Below, one piece after another: positions 18,437 to 28,021 of a stretch of 64,000 nucleotides of DNA (positions are counted from its first letter, which is position 1; every line of letters starts with the position of its first letter). Origin of the DNA: an uncultured Gemmatimonadales bacterium. GTDB lineage: Bacteria > Gemmatimonadota > Gemmatimonadetes > Gemmatimonadales > GWC2-71-9. The stretch spans positions 288,001-352,000 of the forward strand of contig CAWJIM010000021.1 of assembly GCA_963842945.1 (NCBI GenBank), read 5' to 3'. Below the pieces are notes generated by a model that was not told the origin of the DNA, ran no database searches, and saw nothing but the letters and a program-made list of their open reading frames with translations. A program made the position numbers and the translations under genes.

Positions 18437-19623
18437 TCCTGCGTGGCGCGCTCCCAAATCACTCGATGATAAATGTCTTCGGTCAGCTCAGCCGACCGGC
18501 CCCAATCGTGCTTGTCCTGAACCAGCCTTCTGGCGTTTTGTCCCATCGCGCTGGCCAGTTCGGTGTTGGACAGCAAGGTGAGAGCGCCCTCGGCGAACCC
18601 GTCCACGTCTCCGTCCGGAACCAGCCAGCCGGTCTGCTGATGACACACGCCCGGCGCCGATCCGGCAAAGGACAGGACCGGCTTCCCCGCGGCCATGTAG
18701 TTGAGGAGCTTGACTGGGATGCCATCGCACTCGGTGCGCGGGTTCACCGCCACGGTCGCGCCGGCCAGCAGCATGGGGATGTCCTCGAACTGAGCCCGGA
18801 CCAGCTCGATCGATCCGGAGACGCCGAGCTCACGGGCCAGCGCGTCGTACTGCTCAAACGATGACTCGGTGACGATCTTGAGCTGCACGTCGCTTCTTCG
18901 GTTCAGCACCTTGCGCAAGGCCAGGAGCATGAGATCGATGCCCTGGTAGGGAGCCAGGTTGCCGGTGAAGATGAGGGTTGGACGGCCGTTCGCCGTCTTT
19001 GCGGCGCGATTCCGGCTGTCGGAGAAGAGGTCGCACTCCACGCCGTTGGGCACCACCGATACCCGCTCTTCGGGAACCCGGCCTAAGCGAAGCAGCCGCT
19101 GCCGAATCCGCTCGGTGACCGTGATGACGTGGTCGGCCATGCCGGGAAGCCGCCGGTCGAACGAACCGGCAATGCTGTTGGTGACCCAGCGAGGGAGTCG
19201 GAGCGGATAGAAGGGCAGCTCCGACGTCAGCAGGGTATGCGCGTCGAAGACGAGTGGAATTTTCCGCCGCAGTCGGGCGGCGGCGGCCACCAACAGTCCT
19301 TCGAAGTGGTGGGCGTGAATGACGTCCACCTGATGCTGCCGGAGCACCTGCCACAGCTTGACCGTGAGCAGCGGGTCGAGCAGCCCCAGCTTCACGTAGG
19401 TGGGGCCGGGGGACAGGTTCTGATAGGACTTGATCTGAGGGATTCGGTGAACTGAGAGGCTGGGACCCGGCTCGGAACTCCCGTAGTGATAGGTCACCAC
19501 GTGGACCTGGTGTCCGCGCGCAGCCATGCCCTCCGCCAGTCGCTGGATCCGAATGGGCGTACCCCGGCGAGCCGGGTACGGACAGGCCGCGACCATGGCG
19601 ATCTTCGTAGTGAATTCCTCCAC
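18433..19623 (-). CDS. Glycosyltransferase family 4
   Basis: DVIHAH, VPNGV, FTGNL..YQG, P.KLLNYMAAGKPV. Confidence 0.88.
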   Translation of the reverse strand: MEEFTTKIAMVAACPYPARRGTPIRIQRLAEGMAARGHQVHVVTYHYGSSEPGPSLSVHRIPQIKSYQNLSPGPTYVKLGLLDPLLTVKLWQVLRQHQVDVIHAHHFEGLLVAAAARLRRKIPLVFDAHTLLTSELPFYPLRLPRWVTNSIAGSFDRRLPGMADHVITVTERIRQRLLRLGRVPEERVSVVPNGVECDLFSDSRNRAAKTANGRPTLIFTGNLAPYQGIDLMLLALRKVLNRRSDVQLKIVTESSFEQYDALARELGVSGSIELVRAQFEDIPMLLAGATVAVNPRTECDGIPVKLLNYMAAGKPVLSFAGSAPGVCHQQTGWLVPDGDVDGFAEGALTLLSNTELASAMGQNARRLVQDKHDWGRSAELTEDIYHRVIWERATQE

Positions 19624-19806
19624 CCGGCGCGGCGTCCGCTATCCCACGATGCCGCCATCGGCTCGGGTGACTACGGGTCGAGCACAGGCCTTCTAATTCA
19701 TTGCTGGAGAAAACGTTACAAGGCGGGACCGGGCCTGGGTGAAGCTGAGCCCGCTCAACTCACCTTTAATAGAGTATAGCGACCGTAAACAACTAGTACA
19801 GGGGGG

Positions 19807-20508
19807 TTAGCCGGCGCCTGCGGACATACCGAGGCTCCGCCGAGCTGCCGGCAGTACGCCAACCTCACGGGCTTTGGCTCTAAACCGGGAACCATGGTCC
19901 ACGGGGTGTCCGTTTTCCGACTGCCATTGATGCACCATCTCATGGAGCATCGTGTGCTCGACTTCGCTCCAGGAATGTCGGGCGACGTGCCTGCGGCTGA
20001 TTCCGATTTCCTTGATACTGTTGTCGTTGTGGTCGACTGACAGCTCACCAAGGCGGGTTTTCATCCGGCCCGAAAGCCGGATCGGGATTGAGCTCAGAGA
20101 CCCGCCGAAATGGCGGATGTTGAGATCCCGGTGCATGGCCTCCAGGCGTCTGAGCAGTGCGCCGTCGCCGGGGCGGGACCGATCTCTGCGAGGCGACCGC
20201 TCTGAGGGCCGGCTGTAGGCCCAAACCGGAAATCGGAGAAATTCGCGTTCAGCTTCCTGCCTCAGGTGCCGAGGCACGCGTGGGCTGAGGAACCGAACGA
20301 TCGCCTTCAGCACTCCATCGGGCGCAAATCCGTAGCCCCGGTGGATCCGCAACACTCGCCGATTCAGGCTGAGCATCACGGTCCGATTGGTGTGGGTCAG
20401 GATTCTGTCGACGTCTCGCAGACCCAGCATGCGCAATCGGTCGGATAGAGAATCCTCGAACAGAAAAAACTGTCCCGCTGTCGCGCTGCCCCGCCGCCCC
20501 GCCTTCAC
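19807..20508 (-). CDS. SprT-like zinc metalloprotease
   Basis: RMKTRLG, LHEMVHQWQ, HGSRF. Confidence 0.85.
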   Translation of the reverse strand: MKAGRRGSATAGQFFLFEDSLSDRLRMLGLRDVDRILTHTNRTVMLSLNRRVLRIHRGYGFAPDGVLKAIVRFLSPRVPRHLRQEAEREFLRFPVWAYSRPSERSPRRDRSRPGDGALLRRLEAMHRDLNIRHFGGSLSSIPIRLSGRMKTRLGELSVDHNDNSIKEIGISRRHVARHSWSEVEHTMLHEMVHQWQSENGHPVDHGSRFRAKAREVGVLPAARRSLGMSAGAG

Positions 20509-21368
20509 AACCCCTGGTCCCCGCCTGCCACCGAGACCGCCACCTTCGGTGCCCCCCGTCGGGCAAAGGAGAACTTGTCGGACGCAATGAACTGCCGGTC
20601 GGCGGAGACCCAGCGGAAATGCTGGATGTGCACCGATTGAGCTTCGAGGGTGACCAGATTGAACACCGACGGTCTGCCGCCCCGCTGGCGGTAGCTGTGG
20701 GTGCCGGAGGTGCTGACCGCCACGCCGCCCTCGATCTGACCGGCGCCTTCATAGTGATCGTGCCCGCAGAGGATGACGTCGGCACCCGTATCGAGCAGCC
20801 GCTTGTGGGCCGCTCGCCATCGCGCCAGACCCATGCGACCGGTGCCTCCGGCCAGCACGTTGTGGTGAACCACCATGACCTTGGCCAGACCAGGCGGGGC
20901 CTGCTCGAAGAGCTTCTTGATCCGTTTGGTCTCCGATCTGGGGAGGTGTCCCTTGACCGCGATATCGCGCACGTTCCAGGTGAGTGAGCCCAACGAGAAA
21001 CCATAGCTGCTCAACGCTCCGGCGGCGATCATGCCGGGGGCCTCCAGTACCGGCCGGAGCTCGCTGTAGTAGCGGAGATATTTTGCGTACTTCCTCTTCT
21101 CGCCCAGCAGTCCGAGCGGACTCTTCCACCATTCGATATCGTGGTTTCCGGGCACCACGATCGCCGGGATCTTCATCCGCATGCGATGCATGAACACATG
21201 CGCCGCCTGAAACTCTCCATGCCGGGCGCGCTGGCTGAGATCGCCGGAGACGACCAGCGCGGTGAGATTGAGGGTGGGGAGAAATTCCTCGAGCGCTTCG
21301 ATCTGTTTGAGGTCGGCATATCCGCCGAAGTGCAAATCGGAGAGATGAGCGATGGTGACGATAGTCAC
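20505..21368 (-). CDS. Metallophosphoesterase (calcineurin-like)
   Basis: HLSDLHFG, SGDLS, PGNHD, HH, LCGHDH; GTGA overlap with the upstream stop. Confidence 0.9.
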   Translation of the reverse strand: MTIVTIAHLSDLHFGGYADLKQIEALEEFLPTLNLTALVVSGDLSQRARHGEFQAAHVFMHRMRMKIPAIVVPGNHDIEWWKSPLGLLGEKRKYAKYLRYYSELRPVLEAPGMIAAGALSSYGFSLGSLTWNVRDIAVKGHLPRSETKRIKKLFEQAPPGLAKVMVVHHNVLAGGTGRMGLARWRAAHKRLLDTGADVILCGHDHYEGAGQIEGGVAVSTSGTHSYRQRGGRPSVFNLVTLEAQSVHIQHFRWVSADRQFIASDKFSFARRGAPKVAVSVAGGDQGL

Positions 21369-22837
21369 CAGATTACCCGAATGCGATAGGTCAGCACCGC
21401 TTCTCCCCGGGCCGGCACCCGCACCCGGAAACGGGTGAGAGTGGAAGAAACTTTTTCGGCCGGTACCGAGCTCGCCAGCACGCTCCACTCTCCGGCCCGC
21501 TCCTCCTCCACCGCGATCGTCGTCGCGCTGTCGGTGGCGTTCTTCAGGGTAACCCGGTAGTCGGCCGTAGCCACTGTGTGCACGCCCTGAGCCTTGGTGC
21601 TGTCCCGCCGGGTGACGTAGCTGGTCTGCACTCGCCTGGCGGTCAGATCGAAGGCGTTGCCGGCGTTCAGCCGGAGGTCATTCCCTGCGGGGGTGTGATC
21701 CAGCGACGCCTCACCAATCAGCTGCAATCCGCCGGAGCTGTCCGGCTGGTACAACCTGGCTACGCCTGCAGGGAGCGGCCGATCGCCAAAGTCCGTCTTA
21801 CGGGGACGCTCCAGGGTATACGTCACTTCCACCGGTGGCTGCAGCTCCTCACCCTGCTGGGGGAGAAAACCCCAGTAGGGCACATCTCCATGTACCACAT
21901 AGCTGCGCCCGTACTTCACCTGGACCGGATCGAACAGGGCCACCGACGTGGTTTGGCCGGGCTGCAGCGTGCTCCGCCCCGGCAACGTGTACAGGTGAAA
22001 CTCGCCGACCCGCTGTTCGGTCGCAGCGTCGCGCGCCATCATGTCGGCGGCAGCAAGAGCCTGCTTCCGGGCCAGCGGTTGTGGAGGAGCACCCGGCTGC
22101 TCGGCCCGTCCGACTGAGCCGGCCAGAAGGTGGACTTCCGCATTCTCGGCCCGCAGCGATTCGGACGGCAGTACGGCCATGCCGGTAACTCGGGCATCCT
22201 CCCGCGCCAGCACCATTTGATAGCTCGCCTGCCAGGAGGCTCCGCTGGTGAAGTAGCCCAGCCGCATCTGATCTCGAGAGCGGGCGCTCCGAACGGCGAG
22301 CGACACGGTGGGCTCCACGACCACGACGTCGCGGGGGTAGAGCGCCAGGCCGGGCGGAGTGAAGCTGATCCGGCCGTCCGGCAGCTGCAGCCGGAGCGGG
22401 TCCACCCCCAGCACCAGGGCGCTCACGGTATCGCGGGGATCGCTGAGCCGAAAGACCAGCCGCTTACCCACCGAGCGCCGTAGCACGCTGGCCTCATCCA
22501 CCGCGCCGTCATAGGAAACGCGGTCCACAATCACCGACGAATCCAGTGAAAAGATTGTTGCCGGATCCAGCGCGCCCAGCGTCAGCCGCTGGTTGGAAGC
22601 TCCCTTGGGGATAGTGGCCGGAACACTGCGCCGGACCAGCACCCGGCCGTCGTTGTAGATGGTGAGGGAGGTCTGGGCGTGCAGAGGAGCAGCGAGGCAG
22701 AGGGGCAGCAGGGCAGCTATGGCAAGAAGCGTGGCCGAACTGCGCAGCAGTGACCCGACCGAGCCTACCCATTCGCCTAAATGGCCTCGACTGAAGTTCT
22801 GCCCCGCTGCCCTGCTGCCCCGCTGCCCGTCTGTCAT
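21365..22837 (-). CDS. DUF4139-domain exported protein
   Basis: LTIYN, Y.T.G.SW.A.Y, EFHLY.L, PLPAG..R.Y, LIGE..LDHTP; ATGA overlap; start could lie further downstream. Confidence 0.8.
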   Translation of the reverse strand: MTDGQRGSRAAGQNFSRGHLGEWVGSVGSLLRSSATLLAIAALLPLCLAAPLHAQTSLTIYNDGRVLVRRSVPATIPKGASNQRLTLGALDPATIFSLDSSVIVDRVSYDGAVDEASVLRRSVGKRLVFRLSDPRDTVSALVLGVDPLRLQLPDGRISFTPPGLALYPRDVVVVEPTVSLAVRSARSRDQMRLGYFTSGASWQASYQMVLAREDARVTGMAVLPSESLRAENAEVHLLAGSVGRAEQPGAPPQPLARKQALAAADMMARDAATEQRVGEFHLYTLPGRSTLQPGQTTSVALFDPVQVKYGRSYVVHGDVPYWGFLPQQGEELQPPVEVTYTLERPRKTDFGDRPLPAGVARLYQPDSSGGLQLIGEASLDHTPAGNDLRLNAGNAFDLTARRVQTSYVTRRDSTKAQGVHTVATADYRVTLKNATDSATTIAVEEERAGEWSVLASSVPAEKVSSTLTRFRVRVPARGEAVLTYRIRVIW

Positions 22838-23124
22838 TTCATATACTCCATTGCCACTTGAGTGGCGATACGACGAACGATGATGTAGGTGGCCAGGACC
22901 GCGATGACCCCGTACAACCGCGCCATGGGGGCGCCGGTCATGCGCAGCGCAACGTACGCCGCCATCAGCACCGTTGCGGCGAGGGAGATGCGGCTGGCAA
23001 GTCTTCTTGCACGGACCTTTCGCTCGCGCAGACAGTCCGGGCACAGCTCGCCCCAGCCCAGTCCCCACACCCGCCGCCCGCACCGGCCGCAGGGAACCTC
23101 AGGCTGCCCGTCTCGCAACCGCAT
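22834..23124 (-). CDS. Small membrane protein with N-terminal zinc-ribbon-like CxxC..CxxC
   Basis: CGRC...CPDC followed by two hydrophobic helices. Confidence 0.6.
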   Translation of the reverse strand: MRLRDGQPEVPCGRCGRRVWGLGWGELCPDCLRERKVRARRLASRISLAATVLMAAYVALRMTGAPMARLYGVIAVLATYIIVRRIATQVAMEYMK

Positions 23125-24115
23125 GTCCGAACTCCTCCGTGCTGGCGGTGCCTCCAAGGTCCCGGGTGCGGATTCCGTCGCTCACGATCGTGGTGACAAT
23201 GGCATTCCGGATCCGCTCGGCCCGGTCCAGCTCACCGATATGATCCAGCATCATGGCGGCGGCAAACATCTGGGCGGAAGGGTTGGCGAGGCCCTTACCG
23301 GCAATGTCCGGAGCGCTTCCATGCACGGCCTCGAAGATCGCGGCCTTGGCCCCGATGTTGGCGCCCGGCGCGAGCCCCAGTCCGCCCACCAGACCGGACA
23401 CCTCATCACTCAGGATGTCGCCAAACATGTTTGTGGTCACCATGACGTCGAACTGCTCCGGGCGCATCACCAGCTGCATTGCGGTGTTGTCCACGATCAT
23501 GTCGTTGGATTCGATTTTGCCTTCATAGTCCTTGGCAATGCTGCGGCCCACCTCCAGAAACAGGCCGCTTACCATCTTCAGGATGTTGGCCTTGTGCACG
23601 ATGGTGACCTTGCGGCGGCCGTGCTTTACGGCGTAATCGAAGGCATACCGGATTATCCGCTCGCAGCCCCGCCGGGTGACGATCGCCATGGACTCCCCCA
23701 CCGCCCGGGGATCATCGCCGATGGCGATAAAGTGCTCCACCCCGATGTAGAGTCCCTCGAGGTTCTCCCGTACCAGCACGATGTCCACGTTTTCGAAGCG
23801 TCCACCGGGAACGATGGTGCGGGCGGGGCGAACGTTGGCGAACAACTCGAATTCCTTGCGCAGGCCCACGTTGACCGAACGAAATCCGGTGCCCACGGGC
23901 GTGGTCAGCGGTCCTTTGAGTGCCAAGGCGTTCTTTCGGATGCTCTCCACCGTGGCGTCGGGGAGCGGTGTACCGGTGGCTTCCACCGCGGCCACGCCGG
24001 CCAGCTCTTCGTCCCAGTTGAAGCGGAGCCCGGTGGCCTCCAGCACCTTCACCGTCTGCGTGGTGATCTCTGGTCCAATGCCGTCGCCAGGGATCAACGT
24101 GACATCGTAGGTCAT
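23099..24115 (-). CDS. Isocitrate/isopropylmalate dehydrogenase family (NAD-dependent IDH-like)
   Basis: IPGDGIGPEI, LKGP.TTP, SVNV.LRK, VRENLEG.Y, HKANI.K, NMFGDILSD, FEAVHGSAPDIAGK. Confidence 0.9.
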   Translation of the reverse strand: MTYDVTLIPGDGIGPEITTQTVKVLEATGLRFNWDEELAGVAAVEATGTPLPDATVESIRKNALALKGPLTTPVGTGFRSVNVGLRKEFELFANVRPARTIVPGGRFENVDIVLVRENLEGLYIGVEHFIAIGDDPRAVGESMAIVTRRGCERIIRYAFDYAVKHGRRKVTIVHKANILKMVSGLFLEVGRSIAKDYEGKIESNDMIVDNTAMQLVMRPEQFDVMVTTNMFGDILSDEVSGLVGGLGLAPGANIGAKAAIFEAVHGSAPDIAGKGLANPSAQMFAAAMMLDHIGELDRAERIRNAIVTTIVSDGIRTRDLGGTASTEEFGHAVARRAA

Positions 24116-24768
24116 GGACTTCCGGACACCGGCAGAAGAGCGGCCATCGCTGCCTTGATCGCCTGATCGGGCGAGCCCCCGCGGCCGTAAGAGACACTCC
24201 GCCACACCACTTTGCCGCTTCGGGTATCCGCCAGGACCATCGTCAAGTCGGCCCGGATCTGGCCGTTGGGCTCGGGGCCAAAACCGAGCGAGGCCGGCAC
24301 CAGGGCCATCCTGCCCCCGACCAAGGCCACCAGCCCGCGCAGGGAAGACCGGAGGGGATCCGGCACCTTGGTCATGTTGGGTGAGCGAAGCACGGCCTGT
24401 CCCATCTGATCGGGGTCCTCGACAAAGCCGGCCGCCCGGCGCGCAACTTTGCGGACTTCGGGTGGAAGCACCCAGTGGACCTCGGGGCCTCGGCTCACCA
24501 GCCCCTCACCAATGAGGGAATCGGCGCGAAGCAACGCCGGCCGGTGCTCCTTGTAGGGAGCATAGGCGGTGCTGGTCTCGAGTTCGGGATCGGCGACGAC
24601 GAGAGTGATGGGAAGGACTGCAATGTTCTGGCCCGAGAGCATGCCGACGGGCAGCACCGGGACCGGCGGTAGTGGCTTCAGCTCGTCTTGCGCGTGCAGA
24701 CTGCAGGCGACCAGCGCCAGCAGCCCCGCGTGGAACGCGGACCAGCAGCGTCGGGGAGTGGGAGGCAT
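24112..24768 (-). CDS. Exported hypothetical protein
   Basis: Signal peptide ending LHA-Q; ATGA coupling to the next gene. Confidence 0.7.
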   Translation of the reverse strand: MPPTPRRCWSAFHAGLLALVACSLHAQDELKPLPPVPVLPVGMLSGQNIAVLPITLVVADPELETSTAYAPYKEHRPALLRADSLIGEGLVSRGPEVHWVLPPEVRKVARRAAGFVEDPDQMGQAVLRSPNMTKVPDPLRSSLRGLVALVGGRMALVPASLGFGPEPNGQIRADLTMVLADTRSGKVVWRSVSYGRGGSPDQAIKAAMAALLPVSGSP

Positions 24769-24791
24769 CGTGAAAACTTAAGTGGTGACTC

Positions 24792-25658
24792 TCACTCCAG
24801 GGAGAGTCCTCCGTCCACCACGATCGTCTGTCCGGTGATATGACGGGCAGAGTCAGAGCAGAGAAAGGAAATGACGTGGGCGACATCGTCGGGCTCCGCG
24901 ACCCGGCCGAGCACCGAGCTTTTCTGGGCTCGTTCGATCACCTCGGAGGGAAGCATTCCCATTCGCTCGGTGCGGATGAATCCGGGGGCAACCGCGTTGA
25001 CGTTGACGTTGGCGGGCCCCAGCTCCACCGCGGCGGCGCGGGTAAGACCCAGCAATGCTGCTTTGCTGGCCGCATAATTGGCCACGCCGAACCCGGGACG
25101 CTCGGCCTGATGCGCGCTCACGCTCACGATCTTCCCGAAGTGCTGGGCCCGGAAAATCGGTGCCACGGCCCGAATACAATTGAAAGTTCCGGTCACATTG
25201 GTCTCCAGCACCTCGGACCAGGCTTCCTGAGAGAGACGCCAGAGTGCCCCGTCGTTCGCAATGCCGGCATTGTTGACCAGGAAGTGAACGCCGCCCAGCC
25301 GCTGCTTGGTTTCCCGCACGAATTCCTCGACCGCTGCACGATCGCGGACGTCGCAGCGTTGGGCGTAGACCTGAATTCCCGTTCCCGTGAGAGCGGTCTC
25401 GGTCAACAGAGCCTGCTCGCTCACATCGCGTCCAGGCATGCTGACAAAGCAGAATGCCACGTGGCAGCCCAACCGGCCAAACTCCATGCAGATGTGCCGG
25501 CCCAGTCCGGTGGCTCCCCCGGTGACGATGACCACCTTGCCGCGCCAGCCCCTTACGATGGGCTGGCGGCGGGGTTCCTCGAGGGCGGCACCGGTTCCCT
25601 CCGGTGCCTCATACTCCCATGAGGGCCGGTGACCGAAGCCAAACGGTGGCAAAGGCAT
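24792..25658 (-). CDS. SDR oxidoreductase, FabG-like
   Basis: TGGATGLG, VNNAGI, YAASK, VNAVAPGFI, ITGQ...VDGG. Confidence 0.9.
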   Translation of the reverse strand: MPLPPFGFGHRPSWEYEAPEGTGAALEEPRRQPIVRGWRGKVVIVTGGATGLGRHICMEFGRLGCHVAFCFVSMPGRDVSEQALLTETALTGTGIQVYAQRCDVRDRAAVEEFVRETKQRLGGVHFLVNNAGIANDGALWRLSQEAWSEVLETNVTGTFNCIRAVAPIFRAQHFGKIVSVSAHQAERPGFGVANYAASKAALLGLTRAAAVELGPANVNVNAVAPGFIRTERMGMLPSEVIERAQKSSVLGRVAEPDDVAHVISFLCSDSARHITGQTIVVDGGLSLE

Positions 25659-25684
25659 GGAGGTCGAAGCTACGGGCGGGAATA

Positions 25685-25746
25685 AGGACGGGCAAGACGG
25701 GAAGGACGGGTAAGACGGGAACCTTTCCCCTACTTCCTGTCTTCCT
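25685..25746. repeat. 9-nt tandem array with inverted degenerate arm, upstream of cstA
   Basis: ARGACGGGN x4 followed by TCCCCTACT TCCTGTCTT. Confidence 0.8.
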
Positions 25747-25758
25747 TAACGTTCGAGC

Positions 25759-27798
25759 ATGCTGCTCAAGTATCTCGGCTGGCTGGTGCTGGCCGTCGCC
25801 GGCGCGGTTGCCTGGGGCATGTTGGGCCTGCATCGCGGTGAGACCATCAGCGCCGCCTGGTTGGTGCTGGCCGCTGTGGGCACCTACCTCCTGGCGTATC
25901 GCTTTTACAGTCGCTTCCTGGCCACCAAGGTGTTTGGACTCAACGACCGGCGAGCCACTCCGGCCGAGCGCCTGATGAACGGCCGAGACTTCGTGCCGAC
26001 GTCTCGCTGGGTGCTCTTCGGACATCACTTTGCCGCTATTGCCGGAGCCGGACCGCTGGTAGGCCCGGTGCTGGCGGCTCAGTTCGGTTACCTGCCCGGC
26101 GCTATATGGATCGTCTTTGGCGTGGTGCTGGGCGGAGCAGTCCAGGATTTCGTGATCCTCTTCGGCTCCATGCGGCGAGACGGCAAGTCGCTGGGGCAGA
26201 TGGCCAAGGAGGAGACCGGCCCGATCACCGGCATCCTCGCCATGGTGGCTGTGCTGGCCATCATGGTCATCCTGCTGGCGGTTCTGGCGCTCGTGGTGGT
26301 CAACGCGCTGAAGGACAGCCCCTGGGGAATCTTTACCATCCTCTGCACCATACCGATCGCCGTCCTGATGGGCTTCTGGATGAAGGTCTGGCGCCCCGGC
26401 CGCACACTGGAGGCATCGGTTGTGGGCGTGGTGCTGCTCCTGCTGGCGCTCGTCGGTGGGAGATACGTCGCAGGATCACCCGGTCTGGCTCCCTACTTCA
26501 CCGCCTCCGGATTGACCATCGCCTATGGCTTGATCGCCTACGGGTTCATTGCCAGTGTGCTCCCGGTATGGATGCTGCTCTGCCCCCGGGACTATCTCTC
26601 GACCTTCATGAAGATCGGGACGATTCTTCTGCTGGCCGTGGGCATTCTCATCGCCCTGCCTCCGCTGAAGCTTCCGGCTCTGACTCGATTCATCGACGGC
26701 ACCGGCCCGGTCTTCGCCGGCAAGCTCTTTCCCTTTGCCTTCATCACCATCGCCTGCGGCGCGATCAGCGGGTTTCACGCCCTCGTCGCCTCGGGCACCA
26801 CGCCCAAGATGCTGACCCGCGAAAGCGATGCCCGCCTGATCGGCTATGGCGGAATGTTGATGGAGTCGTTCGTGGCGGTCATGGCCTTGTGTGCCGCCGC
26901 CTTGCTCGAGCCGGGAGTGTACTTCGCCATCAACGCTCCGCTCGCGACGCTCGGTGGAAGTCTGGAATCAGCGGTTGGGGTGATCCGGAATTGGGGCTTC
27001 ACGGTTACGTCCGAGCAGCTTCAGGGACTGGCTTCGGCTGTGGGCGAGAAGAGTCTGCTCGGCAGAACCGGCGGCGCACCGTCACTGGCGGTGGGCATGG
27101 CGCACATCTTCAGCTCCGCATTCGGCAGCGGCCTGATGGCGCTGTGGTATCACTTCGCCATCATGTTCGAAGCGCTGTTCATCCTCACCACCATTGATAC
27201 CGGAACCCGGGTGGGCCGCTTCATGCTGCAGGAGCTGGCCGGGCATGTCTGGCGTCCGCTGGGCAGAACCTCCTGGTACCCGAGCACCGTGCTGGCGTCC
27301 GGGCTGGTGGTGGCAGGCTGGGGGTACTTTCTGGTCCAGGGCGTCCTCGACCCGCTGGGAGGCATCAACTCGCTCTGGCCCCTGTTCGGCATCAGCAATC
27401 AGCTGCTGGCGGCGGTGGCACTGTGCGTCGGCACCACCCTGATCATCAAGAGCGGCAGAGCCCGCTACGCCTGGGTCACGCTGCTGCCGCTGTGTGGGGT
27501 GCTGACCGTGACACTGACCGCCGGCTGGCAGAAGATTTTTGCGGCCGACCCCAGGCTGGGCTTCCTCTCCCATGCTGCAGCGGTAGCGTCCCAGATCTCG
27601 GCAGGGACAGTGGACCCCACCCACGGCGCCAGGCTGATCTTCAACGACCGGCTGGACGCCGTACTGACCATGATCTTCATCGTGGTCACGGTGCTGGTGG
27701 TGCTCTCCTCGGCCAGGGAATGGGTGTTGATCCTCACCCGGCGTAAACCTGCCCGAGTGCAGGAGTCTCCTTTTGTGGAGACGGCATATGCGGGGTGA
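25759..27798 (+). CDS. cstA: Carbon starvation protein A (peptide/pyruvate transporter family)
   Basis: GHHFAAIAGAGPLVGP, PRDYLSTFMK, ITIACGAISGFH, GRTGGAP.LAVGMA, WPLFGISNQLLA. Confidence 0.96.
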   Translation: MLLKYLGWLVLAVAGAVAWGMLGLHRGETISAAWLVLAAVGTYLLAYRFYSRFLATKVFGLNDRRATPAERLMNGRDFVPTSRWVLFGHHFAAIAGAGPLVGPVLAAQFGYLPGAIWIVFGVVLGGAVQDFVILFGSMRRDGKSLGQMAKEETGPITGILAMVAVLAIMVILLAVLALVVVNALKDSPWGIFTILCTIPIAVLMGFWMKVWRPGRTLEASVVGVVLLLLALVGGRYVAGSPGLAPYFTASGLTIAYGLIAYGFIASVLPVWMLLCPRDYLSTFMKIGTILLLAVGILIALPPLKLPALTRFIDGTGPVFAGKLFPFAFITIACGAISGFHALVASGTTPKMLTRESDARLIGYGGMLMESFVAVMALCAAALLEPGVYFAINAPLATLGGSLESAVGVIRNWGFTVTSEQLQGLASAVGEKSLLGRTGGAPSLAVGMAHIFSSAFGSGLMALWYHFAIMFEALFILTTIDTGTRVGRFMLQELAGHVWRPLGRTSWYPSTVLASGLVVAGWGYFLVQGVLDPLGGINSLWPLFGISNQLLAAVALCVGTTLIIKSGRARYAWVTLLPLCGVLTVTLTAGWQKIFAADPRLGFLSHAAAVASQISAGTVDPTHGARLIFNDRLDAVLTMIFIVVTVLVVLSSAREWVLILTRRKPARVQESPFVETAYAG

Positions 27799-28021
27799 AG
27801 GCAGGGCAGCGGGGCAGCCGGGCAGCGCGTCAGCCGGCGTACGGGCGGTGCTTCGGCGTGCGCTGTCAGCCGTGCGGCGCATTGCGGGCATGCCGGATTA
27901 CGTGGCCTACGTGGAGCATCTGCGCCGTCACCATCCCGACCGGCCGGTGCCGACGGAGCGGGAGTTCTACGATGAGTTCACGCGGGTGCGCTACGGCGAT
28001 GGCCCCACCCGCTGCTGTTAG
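27788..28021 (+). CDS. YbdD/YjiX family small protein (Cys form)
   Basis: GMPDY..Y..H....HP...P....F....RY....RCC directly after cstA. Confidence 0.88.
   Translation: MRGEGRAAGQPGSASAGVRAVLRRALSAVRRIAGMPDYVAYVEHLRRHHPDRPVPTEREFYDEFTRVRYGDGPTRCC

Noticed and set aside
27788..28021. YbdD/YjiX as a second selenoprotein
   Set aside because: Ends TGC-TGT-TAG (Cys-Cys-stop) with no in-frame TGA
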